Shown here: positions 15,694 through 28,123 of the stretch, piece by piece
How positions within the stretch are numbered: position 1 is the first letter of the stretch
Layout of the letters: each line of letters opens with the position of its first letter
DNA from: Vitrella brassicaformis CCMP3155
Taxonomy: Eukaryota > Protista > Chromerida
DNA length: 54,034 bases
NCBI GenBank assembly: GCA_001179505.1
Contig: CDMY01000545.1
Location: 1-54,034 of the forward strand
Direction: 5' to 3'
Notes under the pieces: generated by a model
The model's database searches: none
What the model was told of the DNA's origin: nothing
What the model saw: only the letters and a program-made list of their open reading frames with translations
Program-made: the position numbers and the translations under genes

Positions 15694-16444
15694 AGCGCGA
15701 GATGGGGCTGCCCCCTTGCGAGTATGCCAGTGGTGACACGACTGTCGGGCGATAGGTAGCGTCGACAGATAGACGGACGGACAGAGCAAAGGACAATGTA
15801 CGTGCGGGCGTGTGTATGATGCGACCGCCCCCGTTCGGTAGCATTTTCTGAAGACTTTATGGACATCCTTCTGTGGACAGTGCGTCGCCATGTGAATCTG
15901 GTGGATGGAGGATGTACACAGCATGTCAGTCATCAGAAGAAGACAGCAAACCCACGACGGCAAACGGGACAATTGATTTACACACCTGCACACATCATAA
16001 CCATCCTCCAACACGGTTACACCTCAGGGTCAAGGGTCGAGTCATACGGACATACATCCATGCATCTGTGTGGTCAATCCATGAAAGAACTGTCCATCTC
16101 TACGGCTACGGCTCATGCACAGTGTTCGGCATCATCTCCACTTGTCGAGCCTCTGCCGAGCGAGCCGCTTGCTGCACACAGAGACAGACAGATGTCAGAC
16201 ACCGACCACAAAGACGGGTTGAAGTCATCATGCGATATCAGACATCCGGTGGTCTATGCAGGCGTCACGCACACTATGTGCACATCGCCAGGCCACATAC
16301 ATAAAGATGGATAGGGGTGTGTATCCAGCCATCTCTCCAGACCGATCCAACTAACAACCCTGCCCTCAACACACACCCCATCCGCCGCTTGCACGATCAC
16401 ACGCGGGGCCAGCCCAGGCCAGCCCAGGCCATCTTGGTCTTGTC

Positions 16445-17957
16445 TCATCTCAGCCAAGCAGGTGGCTGTGTCATGACCTCCCTCTTCTTCTTGACCGGCC
16501 CGCCACCCGCACGCTCACCCTGCTCATGCTGCTGCTGCTGCTGGAAAAACCTGTGTCACACACAGACACACACACTCGTGCACAATCGGATCTCATCCGC
16601 AGCCACTACTCTGCCTGCCTGCCTGCCTGCCTGTCTGATCGTGTGGTTTCTCTCTCACTTGATGTGGGCGTTGGTCTGTAGTCGTCCGAATTCGCCATTG
16701 TTTCTTTTGTACGCCGCGACGATCCTGCACACACATACAGCACCAAGCCGACCACGCAGCAGAGGGAAGACACGCAAGCAGACGACCATCCATCAAAAGG
16801 CAGCTGGCTATGTGTCAGTTAGTTGCATCAAGTCAATCGGCCAGAAGCGACGGCAGTACCGAAGTGGCCTTCCCATAAATTTCTGCTCGTCCAGCTGCGA
16901 CAAAAAGCACAGAGTATTGGAGTGCAAGTCCAGGAGCGCAACGACCTCCATCGAGTGGAGTGAGTGTGTGTACCTCCAGTGCCTGCCTCAAAGCCTTAAA
17001 CCAGACACACCAACAGGACAACACACGTGCGATGCGATCAGTCACCACGGGGCAGCCACGTGCCACATACACGTCCGTGTACGCACGAATGCAGCAAGGT
17101 GCGCGTCTCTCTCCTCTCTGACTCCCCTCCCCTCCCTCCCCTGCCCTCCCCTCCCACCGCATGCCCTCCCTACTTGGTAAGTACGGAACTCAACGTATGC
17201 CCGCCCCTTGTGGTCCGCTTTGGCGAACTTGGGGTTGGACGGCACAGATGAAGTGTTGGACTGGTGCGGGTCGGGCACGATGCTCAGGATGGGACCGCAG
17301 GACTGGAAGAACACCTTCAGGTCCTCAAGTCTCGCGTCAAACGAGATGTTGCTCACGAAGGCGAACCGCACTTGGTCCAGCTCGTCTTTATCGCCCGACG
17401 CCGCAGCTGGCGTCTTGTCGTTGTTGTCGTGGGCGTCGACTTCATCCTCCTCTGGCTGAGAGTCCTCGTCCCCGTACAGCTCTTCGTCGTCCTCATCCTG
17501 CAGGTGAGCCAGCGAGGGAAGCAGAGATCACACACAAACGTATCGGTGACTCCTTCTGATTGCTTCTGACTGTCCTCTCTTCTGGTGGTGTTGACACACG
17601 TACCATCCAGGCGAAGTGTTTGCGCTTCTTGCTCTGGTCCTCGATCTCTGGCTGATTCTCCTCGTTGCTCACGTCCTTCTTGGGCTCATCCTCCTGACAC
17701 CACGAACTCACCACGCCAATACATCCATGCCCGTCTTCACTACTCATGCCTGTGTGTCTGTGGCTGACCTCTTGCCCCGCCTCTGCGTTCTCCCCGGCGT
17801 CATTAGCGGCATCGTCGGCCACATCCTCATCGGCCGCCAGCCTCTCGAGCTCCTCCTTCTCTTCCTTTGTCGGCGACGCTTGGGGATCCTTTTCCTCTTC
17901 CAGTTCCAGCTGCCACCTCTTCTTGGCCGGCTTGTGCTCGCGCTTAGGACCCAGCAT
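16445..17957 (-). CDS. Single-RRM RNA-binding protein with an acidic N-terminus (~7 exons)
   Basis: RNP2 FAFVSNISF; RNP1 KGRAYVEF; then ALRQALE (21-nt exon, 16974-16994)|LDEQKFMGRPLR|IVAA; ends PAWLR-TGA at 16445-16447. Confidence 0.85.
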
Positions 17958-17978
17958 ACTGTCCTCCTCCTCCCTTCT

Positions 17979-18015
17979 GAGCTAAGCTTGCAGACCGATC
18001 GCCTCTGAGCTCGCG
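17979..18015. promoter_or_regulatory. Candidate bidirectional promoter element (GAGCTAAGCTTGCA...GAGCTCGCG)
   Basis: Lies within the 96-bp gap between divergent ATGs at 17957 and 18054. The 14-mer is identical to 34612-34625. Confidence 0.55.
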
Positions 18016-18053
18016 ACGAAGAAGCGAAGGACAGATCGCCGACAGATCCATCC

Positions 18054-19674
18054 ATGGGAGCGTTCCTCACTTGCGTGGCAGCCCTGGTTGCGGCCTCCCA
18101 GGCCACCGCGTCATGCCGGGGATGCAGAGCTGCCGATGGAGTGTGCTTCGCGGCGATAGATGCCTTGCGGCCTTCCTATGCCCGGCATGCAGCCCTTCCA
18201 GTCGGCCACCGGCCTCGTCAGGCTCTGCCGTCGCTCAATCTTCCCGCCCTCAGCCGGCGAACCAGGCGGACTATCCCGTCTGCAGCGACGGTGAAGTCTG
18301 CAGATGTGGCCGTGGCGAGCGAGACCGACAGTGAATCATCCGACAGCACTAATGCGTCGAACGCCGCTCAACGAGGGGATGAGGATTATGTCCCTGTGTG
18401 GATCCCTCGATGGGTGGTGCGGCTGTCGCGGCCTGTGTTGGTGCAGGTGGTGGCTGCGTTGGGTTTGTACTTCTTCCACATGCTGGTTCTATCCCGCAGC
18501 TGCATCGCCTTCCCTGTGCAGCTCATCCCCAACAAGTACGGCCTCTTCCAGTCCATCGGCCTCGACTCATGTGCCGGCCTCGTCGCACTCGCCGCCGCTT
18601 ACATTGGGCGGGTCAGCATGCTCACCAACAGGGCCGCTGCACTGAGAGGACACCGAGATGATAAGGCGCTCCCGCCAGTCGACGGCAACCGGCCCAATGC
18701 GACGACCGCTGTGGTAACGAGCGGCGAAGACGGGCAGCCAGATCCTCTGCTGCCGCTGTCGCCCTATCCATGGAAGATCCCCGTAAAGTCGCGTCCGAAG
18801 GCACTGATAGTGCTGGCGCTGCTGATCCTGGCCTACTTCAGCTCGGGGTATGGCGCCGTGGTGTTCGAGTGGAGCCTGTATGGCCTGTCAGCACTGGGGG
18901 TGCCCATCAGCATCGCCATGCACAGATCACTGCAGGTCGGGCAGTCAGCCAGCCAGCCAGCCATGAGAAAGGGGCAAGCACATCTGTCTGTCTGTCTGTC
19001 TGGTTGTGTGTGCCTGCAGGTGCTGTTGGGTCACTTGTTGTGGGTGGGCACCGGCTGTCTGATTCTGGGGATTGGTCTGCGTCCGTTCTTCCCGCCCCGC
19101 GGCTCGTGGTACCGACTGCAGTGGCGCCGCAGTTGGCTGTGGTGGGTGGTGGGGGGCTACTACGTGTCGTCGCTCCTATTCAACGGCGCCGACGTCATCA
19201 ACCAACTCGTGCTGCCACCATCGGTCTTTCAAGAGGTGAGTGAAGGAGGACCGGCCGACCAGGGGCATGAAGGGAATGACTAACGCTACACTTCTGTTTG
19301 TGCGCGTGTGTGTGTGTGTTCAGGGTGGTGAGTCGGTGGTGACCAAGATGATCAACCCCGAGAACAACGACATCCTGGCGCTGGCTGTGGGCTCGATCGC
19401 CCCCTGCGTGTCTGCCCCATGGTGGGAGGAGGTGCTGTACAGGGGCTTCACTTTGCCGGCTCTGAGCGTGTTCATGCCGCCGTGGGTGGCGCTGCCCGTG
19501 TCCGCGGTGCTGTTTGCCGTCCACCACATGTCGATCCAGTCGATGATCCCCCTGGCCACCCTCGGGCTGGCATGGGGCATACTTTACATGCTCAGCAACA
19601 ACCTGCTCGTCACAGTACTCATACACGCCATGTGGAACTCTAGGGTCTTCCTTGGCTCTTTCCTCGGACTCTAA
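18054..19674 (+). CDS. CPBP (CAAX protease/Abi) family intramembrane metalloprotease, probably plastid-targeted
   Basis: Motifs EEVLYRGF, FAVHH and IHAMWN; multiple TM segments; signal-like start followed by an R/S/A-rich transit-like segment; introns near 18935-19019 and 19237-19323. Confidence 0.9.
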
Positions 19675-20285
19675 TGGATGGATGGATGACGTGACTGACG
19701 TATATATGAGTGACGTAATGCGATGCGAACTGGGCCCTTGGTTGTGAGTGTTTGGTGCGTGCGGTAGGTTAGCATGGTGTGCATTCAGTCATTCATTCAT
19801 GTCAGTCATACATTCACAAAACCAATCCATCCATCCATCCATGGTACAGCGAGATCCAGGTCTCAGCACATGCACGGCAGACACGACAGACAGACGAGCA
19901 GGAGCAGGCAAGGCAAGACACCACGCCGGGCCTGCAGAAGGCTGCAAAGGCAAACAAACTTGATCTTTCATCGCCCCCTGCCCGCCACACCAGCCGCTCA
20001 CCCACCGCTCCCCTCTCTGGCTAAGCAAGCAGACTACGACCAGGGAGAGAGGGAGGGAGGGAGGGAGGGACAAGAGAAGCACGTAAAGCCGGCTGTCTGT
20101 CTGTCCGTCTATCATGTCTATATACATACAGCTCAAAGCCCCCCAGCCACGGTCGACGACCGTGGGGGACACGTACGGTGTGTTTTGTCGCATCGTATGC
20201 ACCTAGCCTGTCTGCCTGCCTGCCTGTCTGGTGCGTACGGCGTGGAGTGGTGTGAGTAGGTAGGCGGGTGGGTAGTGTAGTACAG

Positions 20286-21766
<1,481 letters not shown>

Positions 21767-22332
21767 CTTGCTTGTCTTGTGCCGCTACGATAAGGCCGCT
21801 GCTCAGCACACGTCGTAGATCTGCAGACAGTCACCTCACACAGCCACGACAGGCTACAGAGCGAACAGGTGTGCGCCTTTCCCCATACGTGATTGCGGTC
21901 TGCCCGAACACGTACTTACACCGCCTCCTGGCTCAGTGGATATATGGCTCGGCCGCGCCGGGCAAGGGGCAGGGCGCTCACACGAAGCCTCACAACCGCT
22001 CGCAGTAGGCCAGTCGACCGAAGATGTTGCACGGCGTGCTTATTTGCCAGATCAGCGCACGATGAGCTCTCGCCTCAGGTGTGCAAGGAGGGAGAAAGGA
22101 GGAGAAGAGCTTCGTCTTCTGCGAGCTCGAGGGTTGAGCTTTTTCGTGTTCGGGTCGGTGTGAAACAAACACAGAGAGGCGATTCCAGCTGCTTGTGGTA
22201 TACCACGCCTCTCCCGCGGCAGACCGCGGCACAAATCGAACAGCGAGACTCCTGCGAACGCACGAAGGCGGCCGGCCACGCGATCTTGTCTTGGCAGGCG
22301 GACTTCCTTTCTGCGTCAGTACCTGTGCCGGG

Positions 22333-24686
22333 ATGGACAACTGTTCGCTGGAAGATCCCCACCTTTATCGGTTCAGCACCTGTTCGGTGTACATCGATAG
22401 CCACCACAGGGACATCCTGAAGGGCTTTGACGCGTGGAGGGAGGATGATTCTCGATTCAGAAGCCTCCTCAACGCGTCAATGGCAGAGAACCCTCGTTCC
22501 TCCACCTTCGACGACCTTCTCTGGGGCTACGTTGCCGTGTTTGGTGTTCTCCTCCTTACGACTTTCCTGCATACGGACAACCGCTTTCTCCGCCAATATC
22601 GACGCTTCTTCCTCTGGCCCATCTTATCGATTATTCTCAACGTCATGCTCGCCTCCGCCCTCTGCCGTCATGATCACTGGAGGTGGTATAAGAGGCAGCT
22701 TGCTGAACCAATCGCTCTGAGACTGACTTTGGAGCGCCTCAACGACACCAGCATCCCCGGCCCGCTACTCTTGCCCGACACCCAGACGTGGAAAGAGACG
22801 GAGACCTGGAAGGAAGGGTATAAGTGGATCACTCGGGACGCCAGCCGTGCGCGTGCGCTATTGAGCATGCTTGGGTCGACATCTATTTACGTGGTGGTGC
22901 TGACATTCTCGGTGACCATCCTGGCGCTGCAACTGTTCGCTAGCAAGTACTCCCCTCGACTGGTGAACAGCTATATGCGAAGCTCAGCCAATGTCCGCTG
23001 CCTCAGGTGAGTGACTGACTGCTGGGCATTCCATAAAAAGAGATGGTCCACTTTGCCGTTCGTTGTCTGTCTGTGTGTCTGTGCAGTATTTTCATCGGCT
23101 TCTTCGCCTACTGTATGACTATCATTTTCTGGGTGGGCGGCGAGGCCCCAGGAGACCAGTGGGAAGACTCATTCACACCTGAGTGGGCCATGAATACCCT
23201 GGGCCTCTGTAAGCAACCATCAGCAGAGGGGACGGACAAAAGCAATGCCGCAAATGCGCCCGCATCTTTCTCATCTGCAGATAGCATCTTCTTCCTGTGG
23301 ATGTTGGTCTTTTTCATGCACAAGTATGCAGGCGTATGATACCAAGCAGATAGGTCACGCTGTATGTGTGCATTCTTCTTTGCTTCCTCAGCTTCCTGTG
23401 CGGTCTTCAGCTGCAGCACATCCTTCGGCAAATTGTCCAGGAGAACAAATCAACTGAGGATTCTTGCCATTGGATAACAAAGATGACGGGATGGGCCTTT
23501 GGAAGCGCGAAATCATTCAAGATGCAGATGGTGGACCAGCCGCGAGAGATCGATGAGACCGACGCATTAGACGACTTCGCTCTCGGACTTCGACACGCCG
23601 TCCTCGCCAATAGCAGTGGCTACATCTGCTCAGCCGATTTACATTGGCTGGCTCATCAGCTGCGGAAGGAGCGGCCGCCTCTCCAGCTGTGCGTGAACCG
23701 TCGTATCATGATGGGCACATTTGTCACAGAAGGAACAGTCCTGGTAAGTGAAGTATGGCTCTGCTCGTCGCTGTTATGTGTCTATCCCTGTATTTGTGCC
23801 TAGGCATGGGTTCGAGTGCATCCCGAGAACGACAGTTCGAGTTCGACTTCAGTTGCTAGCGCCGGTGACATGAGAGGCGAACAACAGCTGCACCGTGTGA
23901 CAAAGATGGTGGATCGGGCCCTTCGTCTGAGTAGGGAAGATCACGGTAGCGACAGCATCTCATTCGGAGGTAGGCAAAACAAAGAGAGTGACGGAATCAG
24001 ATCAGCCCACGCCACCTGTGACACAAAAGACGTCTCCTGCCTGCCTGTTGGATTGATGTGCGCTGTGACATGATCAGTTCGCGAGCTGACAGGCATCGCC
24101 GTACGTTGCATGACATCGTCAGCCAGCGACCCCCATGCAGCAGTCAGCACTATCGATCACATCAGCGAGCTCTTCAAGGACATCGTGCGCAACAAGCTCC
24201 ACCATCACTTTGTCAGAATCGGCGGGGTACGTGTGCAGAAGAGGGGGAAAAGCAGTCATGCAATGCTGAGCGTCTATATGCGTGTGTGTATTTCAGAGAC
24301 TCTACGTCGCGATGCGGTCATGGTCATTTGAGGAGCTGCTCGCCCTGTGCATGCACAGCCTGCGTTTCTATTGCCAGACAGATCTCTTCGTCATGGAGCG
24401 GTCGATCGACATGCTCGCTGACCTCGGCTTCATGTGCATTCAGGGGACGACCGGGCGCAGCAGTGTGCCCATCGGGCCATCAGGAGCAAGCCCACAAGAG
24501 ATGAAGAGGCGTTTCGATGTCATCCAGACGCATCTCGATCAGCTGGCCGCAGATGCGCGCAGCCAATTTGCTGACAAAGGTAGCACTGAGAGACGTGTGA
24601 TTGAGGAAGCTCTCGACCGAGCGCAGGATCTCATGAGGGAGGAAGATCCACGGGTAGTGACCAGACGGAGCTGGTCCCTTGCATGA
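22333..24686 (+). CDS. DUF2254-like predicted membrane protein (multi-exon)
   Basis: VLTFSVTILALQLFASKYSPRL; IFIGFFAYC; SGYICSAD; GTFVTEGTVL; SFG|VRELTGIAVRCM...SDPHAAVSTIDHI; WSFEELL. These match my recollection of the DUF2254 pattern. The start may extend upstream. Confidence 0.8.
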
Positions 24687-25868
24687 CTGAATGACGTGCT
24701 TGATGCATGGCTGTCTGTCCTCACTTGGGACACTGCACTGTGTGTCTTGTCTGTTTGTGGACGGGCAGCCAATCAGCAGCCTCGCTTGCCTGCCTGGCTG
24801 CCTGCCGGGTGTCTGAGTGTTGTCCTTCTGTCCCTTTTGTCTGTGTTTTGGGGTTGCTGCCTTGGTGTGCGTGGGTGTTCACTTGTGAGTGGGCTGGGCT
24901 GCGTACTGCACTCAGTGAGACTGTGAGGTGTCTATTTCGACCATTTTGCCTGGGTGCATCATGCAAATTGCACCCAGGGGATGTGTGTGTCTGTGTGAGG
25001 GTGTGTGGAGACTTTATCGACGGCCACGGCCACGTGCAGCTAGGAAGTCAGTTGGTAAGGCGTTTGTGCTTTGTGTGCTTTGTGTTGTGCTGGGCTATGC
25101 TGCGTGGTCGCAAGCTACATACGAACTATATAGCCGCGGCGCGATGAATGCATATGTTCGTGTCTGATGATGACTGACTTGTCTTCGATGATGCAGCCTC
25201 CCTTCCTCTCTGCATGTGGAGCGTGCGTGGGTGATTCCTGTTGCGTGTCGTTCGTTTGATTGTGCGTGAAAGACATGGGACTTGGCCGTCAGGCCGCCTA
25301 GGACATTCAAGGATGCAGTGCAGAAAGAGAGCAAGAGGGATCGATCACGTCTTCTGCTGCAGCCCGTTTGTTGCTTCATCTCACGATGATGTGGCGTCTG
25401 CCTTCTCTTGGTGTGACGTCGGCGTGGCATTGCTCGTCTGTCATGTCAGCAACACAACACGCCAGACAGACCAAATGAGGGAGGACTGCAGAGGGGGGTA
25501 ATCTAGTGCAGTCAATGTACCGTCGGTGCATCAATCCATCCATCACTCGCTGTGAGTGAGTCACCGCACTCAAACACACACATCCATCTGCACTGCAAAT
25601 GATCCGTCCCTCCGGTCACTTCTCGTAGGGTCGGGATCGTTTACACGGAAGCTGTCTAGATGGATTTGCTCACGCAAAGACACAAGCAATCGCAGAAACA
25701 CATGCGCACCATACGGCATGGATGATCTCGTAGGGTCAAATGTGCAGGGTTCCAAACCCCTGAGAATCTGCGAGCTGAAAAGTGGCGGGAACGACGCGAT
25801 GAAGGAAGCCACCTGACAGAACACCCTCCTGCGCCAAGTGCAAGCCTTTCATCAGAGCCACATAGCAT

Positions 25869-28123
25869 ATGGACGCCGCGGAGAGCGAAGGGAGTATCCG
25901 ACTTCCGTCTGAGGCAGCCAACCAGGACGACAGCAATGAGCTCAGACACCGACACGCCAGGCACAAGAGGAGAAGGCGCATCTCCGACGCCAGAGAAGCG
26001 GCGGTCAGTCTGTCAGATCACTCCACATCACACACGCCTCTCTGAGACGTCACGGGCCTTCCCGGGTGCGTGTGTGTGTTGGCAGACATCCATCCAGAAG
26101 TTCTACCGAGAGCGGTTGCAATTCCGGAAGTATCAATACGAGATACTGGTCAGCAGACTGACGGGGGATCTATCTATGCGCCGTGTGAGGGCGCGGCGCA
26201 TCCCCCTCTGTCTGTCTGTGGTTGTGTTGTTCGTGTGGTGTGTGGTCAGGTGCGTGGAATCATGACGGTTCGCGTGATGGCGTCGATCGAGGTGCAGCGT
26301 GTGTGGCGTGGCTACAAGGCACGAAGTGTTTACTACGAAGAACGTAACAGACTCGTGTTCAAGGTCAGCCAGCCAGTCGGCAAGACATCCAAGGACGGGA
26401 GAGCAGGGCAGGGCATGTATCTTGGTGTCATGGGTTGGTTCATCGATCAGTGGGAGTGGGACGATCCGGGACAGGAAGTCATGGTAACCAATCCATCCAC
26501 CACACACACAGATGCACACATCGGTCTTTATCTGTCGTCTGTTGCTGTTGCTTGCTGTGTGTCGTCTTCTATGCTATGCAGTTGGTTGGAGGTGCGTGTG
26601 TGCGTGTGGACCTTCCTGATGAATGACGAATGAATGACGGCCACTCACCGCTGCTTTTGTGTGTGTGTGTCGGTCTGTATCTGTATCTGCATCAGACTTC
26701 ACACGGGATCCATGGCGCGATCGTCTGGAGATGAAGTACTGCCGCCTGCGCCAGTGTTTCGTCAGACCGTGGGCATATATTCCGGGTAATGTATGGAGTA
26801 CTTACTCAGCAGCCAGCCAGCCAGCCAGCCAGTCAGGCAACACAAAGATGGACGTCGTTTCAATTGTTCTGTGTCTGTCTGCCCGTGTACGTATGTGCAG
26901 GGACGTATGTTTTTAAATTCGTCGTCAATGGTGAGAAAAATGGAGCGGCCGGTGCGGTGGTTGAAGGAATGGATGTGTTGGCTCGTCTGTCGGTCGGTGT
27001 GATCTTCATGTGTGCAGGCAACTGGGTGTGCAATGGGGCGCTGCCGCTGGTTCGTGATGCCCACGGCAACATGAACAATGTGCTCGATGTGGCCCCGAAG
27101 CCAACCAAGGAAAAGAAAAAGACACCTGGCGGTCAGTGCACTCACCGAGCCAACATCAGCCAGCCACGGTACAGTATACCTTTGTTTCCGTGTGCCTGCT
27201 GTATGTATGTCTTGCAGAGGAGGCAGCAGCGGCTGCGAGTGGTGGTGGCCCCCGCACATCATCGAGCTCGGGCAGCGGTGACCAACAGCCGCCCGGCCCG
27301 CCAGACAACAACACCAGCTCCACCACACCACCCACCGAAGGCCAACAGCAGCAGCAACAGCAACAACAACAACAGCAGCAGCAGCAGGGGGGCCGGAGCA
27401 AATCGGAGGCGCAGACGCAAACACAGCATAGCACAACGGCAGGACCCTCTGCGTGAGCAAACAAAAGGACACCCACACAATACATCCGCGAATTCATGCT
27501 GTTGTGTGCTGTGTTGTATTGTATTGTGCAGTAGCAAGCAGCCGCCCGGCCAGCACGCCAACAATCGGACATCGATGTTTGAAGTGGCCCTGGCGCAGGA
27601 GGCCGGGGGTGAGGGCGACGGCCACCCACCGTCTGCGGCGTCCGTCAAGTCCGATGAGATCCCCCGCCGCAGACACCAGCAGCAGCAGCAGCACCATGGG
27701 GGTCATCACGGCGTTGGTATGGCCCGTGCCAACGGTCCAGTGGTCAAGGAGCACAGCCGCAGCTCGCCGTCACTGCGGCTCGGCTCACAGGATGGCGGGA
27801 GGGAAGGGGAGAAGCTCACGCAGCCACCGCACCCCGTGTCAGCCGACCAGATCAGCAGCAGGGTGCACGGCAAGCAGCTGGTGCATCAGGATGGCCTCAC
27901 CAACCATGCCGTCAGCAACGGTCCCTCCAACAGCACCAACAACGGCAACAATGCCTCTTCCTCCACGCCCCAGTTCCCTCCCGGTGTGCAGTCGACCAAG
28001 CAGTTCGGGCTGCTGGCCATCCCGCGGCTCAAGCTGGACAACGCGCTGCACGAGGGGCGGGCACGGACACACCAGAGCGTCCTCAAGATGATGCGCGGAT
28101 CGCACTCACAGGTCATCCTGTGA
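25869..28123 (+). CDS. Protein with two IQ motifs, a CBM48/AMPK-beta-type carbohydrate-binding module and a low-complexity tail
   Basis: MDAAESEG...EAA|TSIQKFYRERLQFRKY (IQ1); IEVQRVWRGYKARSVY (IQ2); WEWDDPGQEVM|LVG|DFTRDPW...PG|TYVFKFVVNG|NWVC...DAHGNMNNVL (CBM48); poly-Q; ends SQVIL-TGA. Confidence 0.85.
27343..27387 (+). repeat. CAA/CAG trinucleotide repeat encoding Q15
   Basis: In frame once the phase-1 intron GGC G|gtcagt...gcag|AG GAG is spliced. Confidence 0.85.

Noticed and set aside
14881-16014. 377-aa minus-strand ORF
   Set aside because: It is the antisense shadow of TGS1-like exons and runs through their introns.
23808-23824. GGTTCGA T-loop-like motif
   Set aside because: It lies inside a DUF2254 exon and has no cloverleaf. 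No tRNA, rRNA or snRNA was recognised anywhere in the window.
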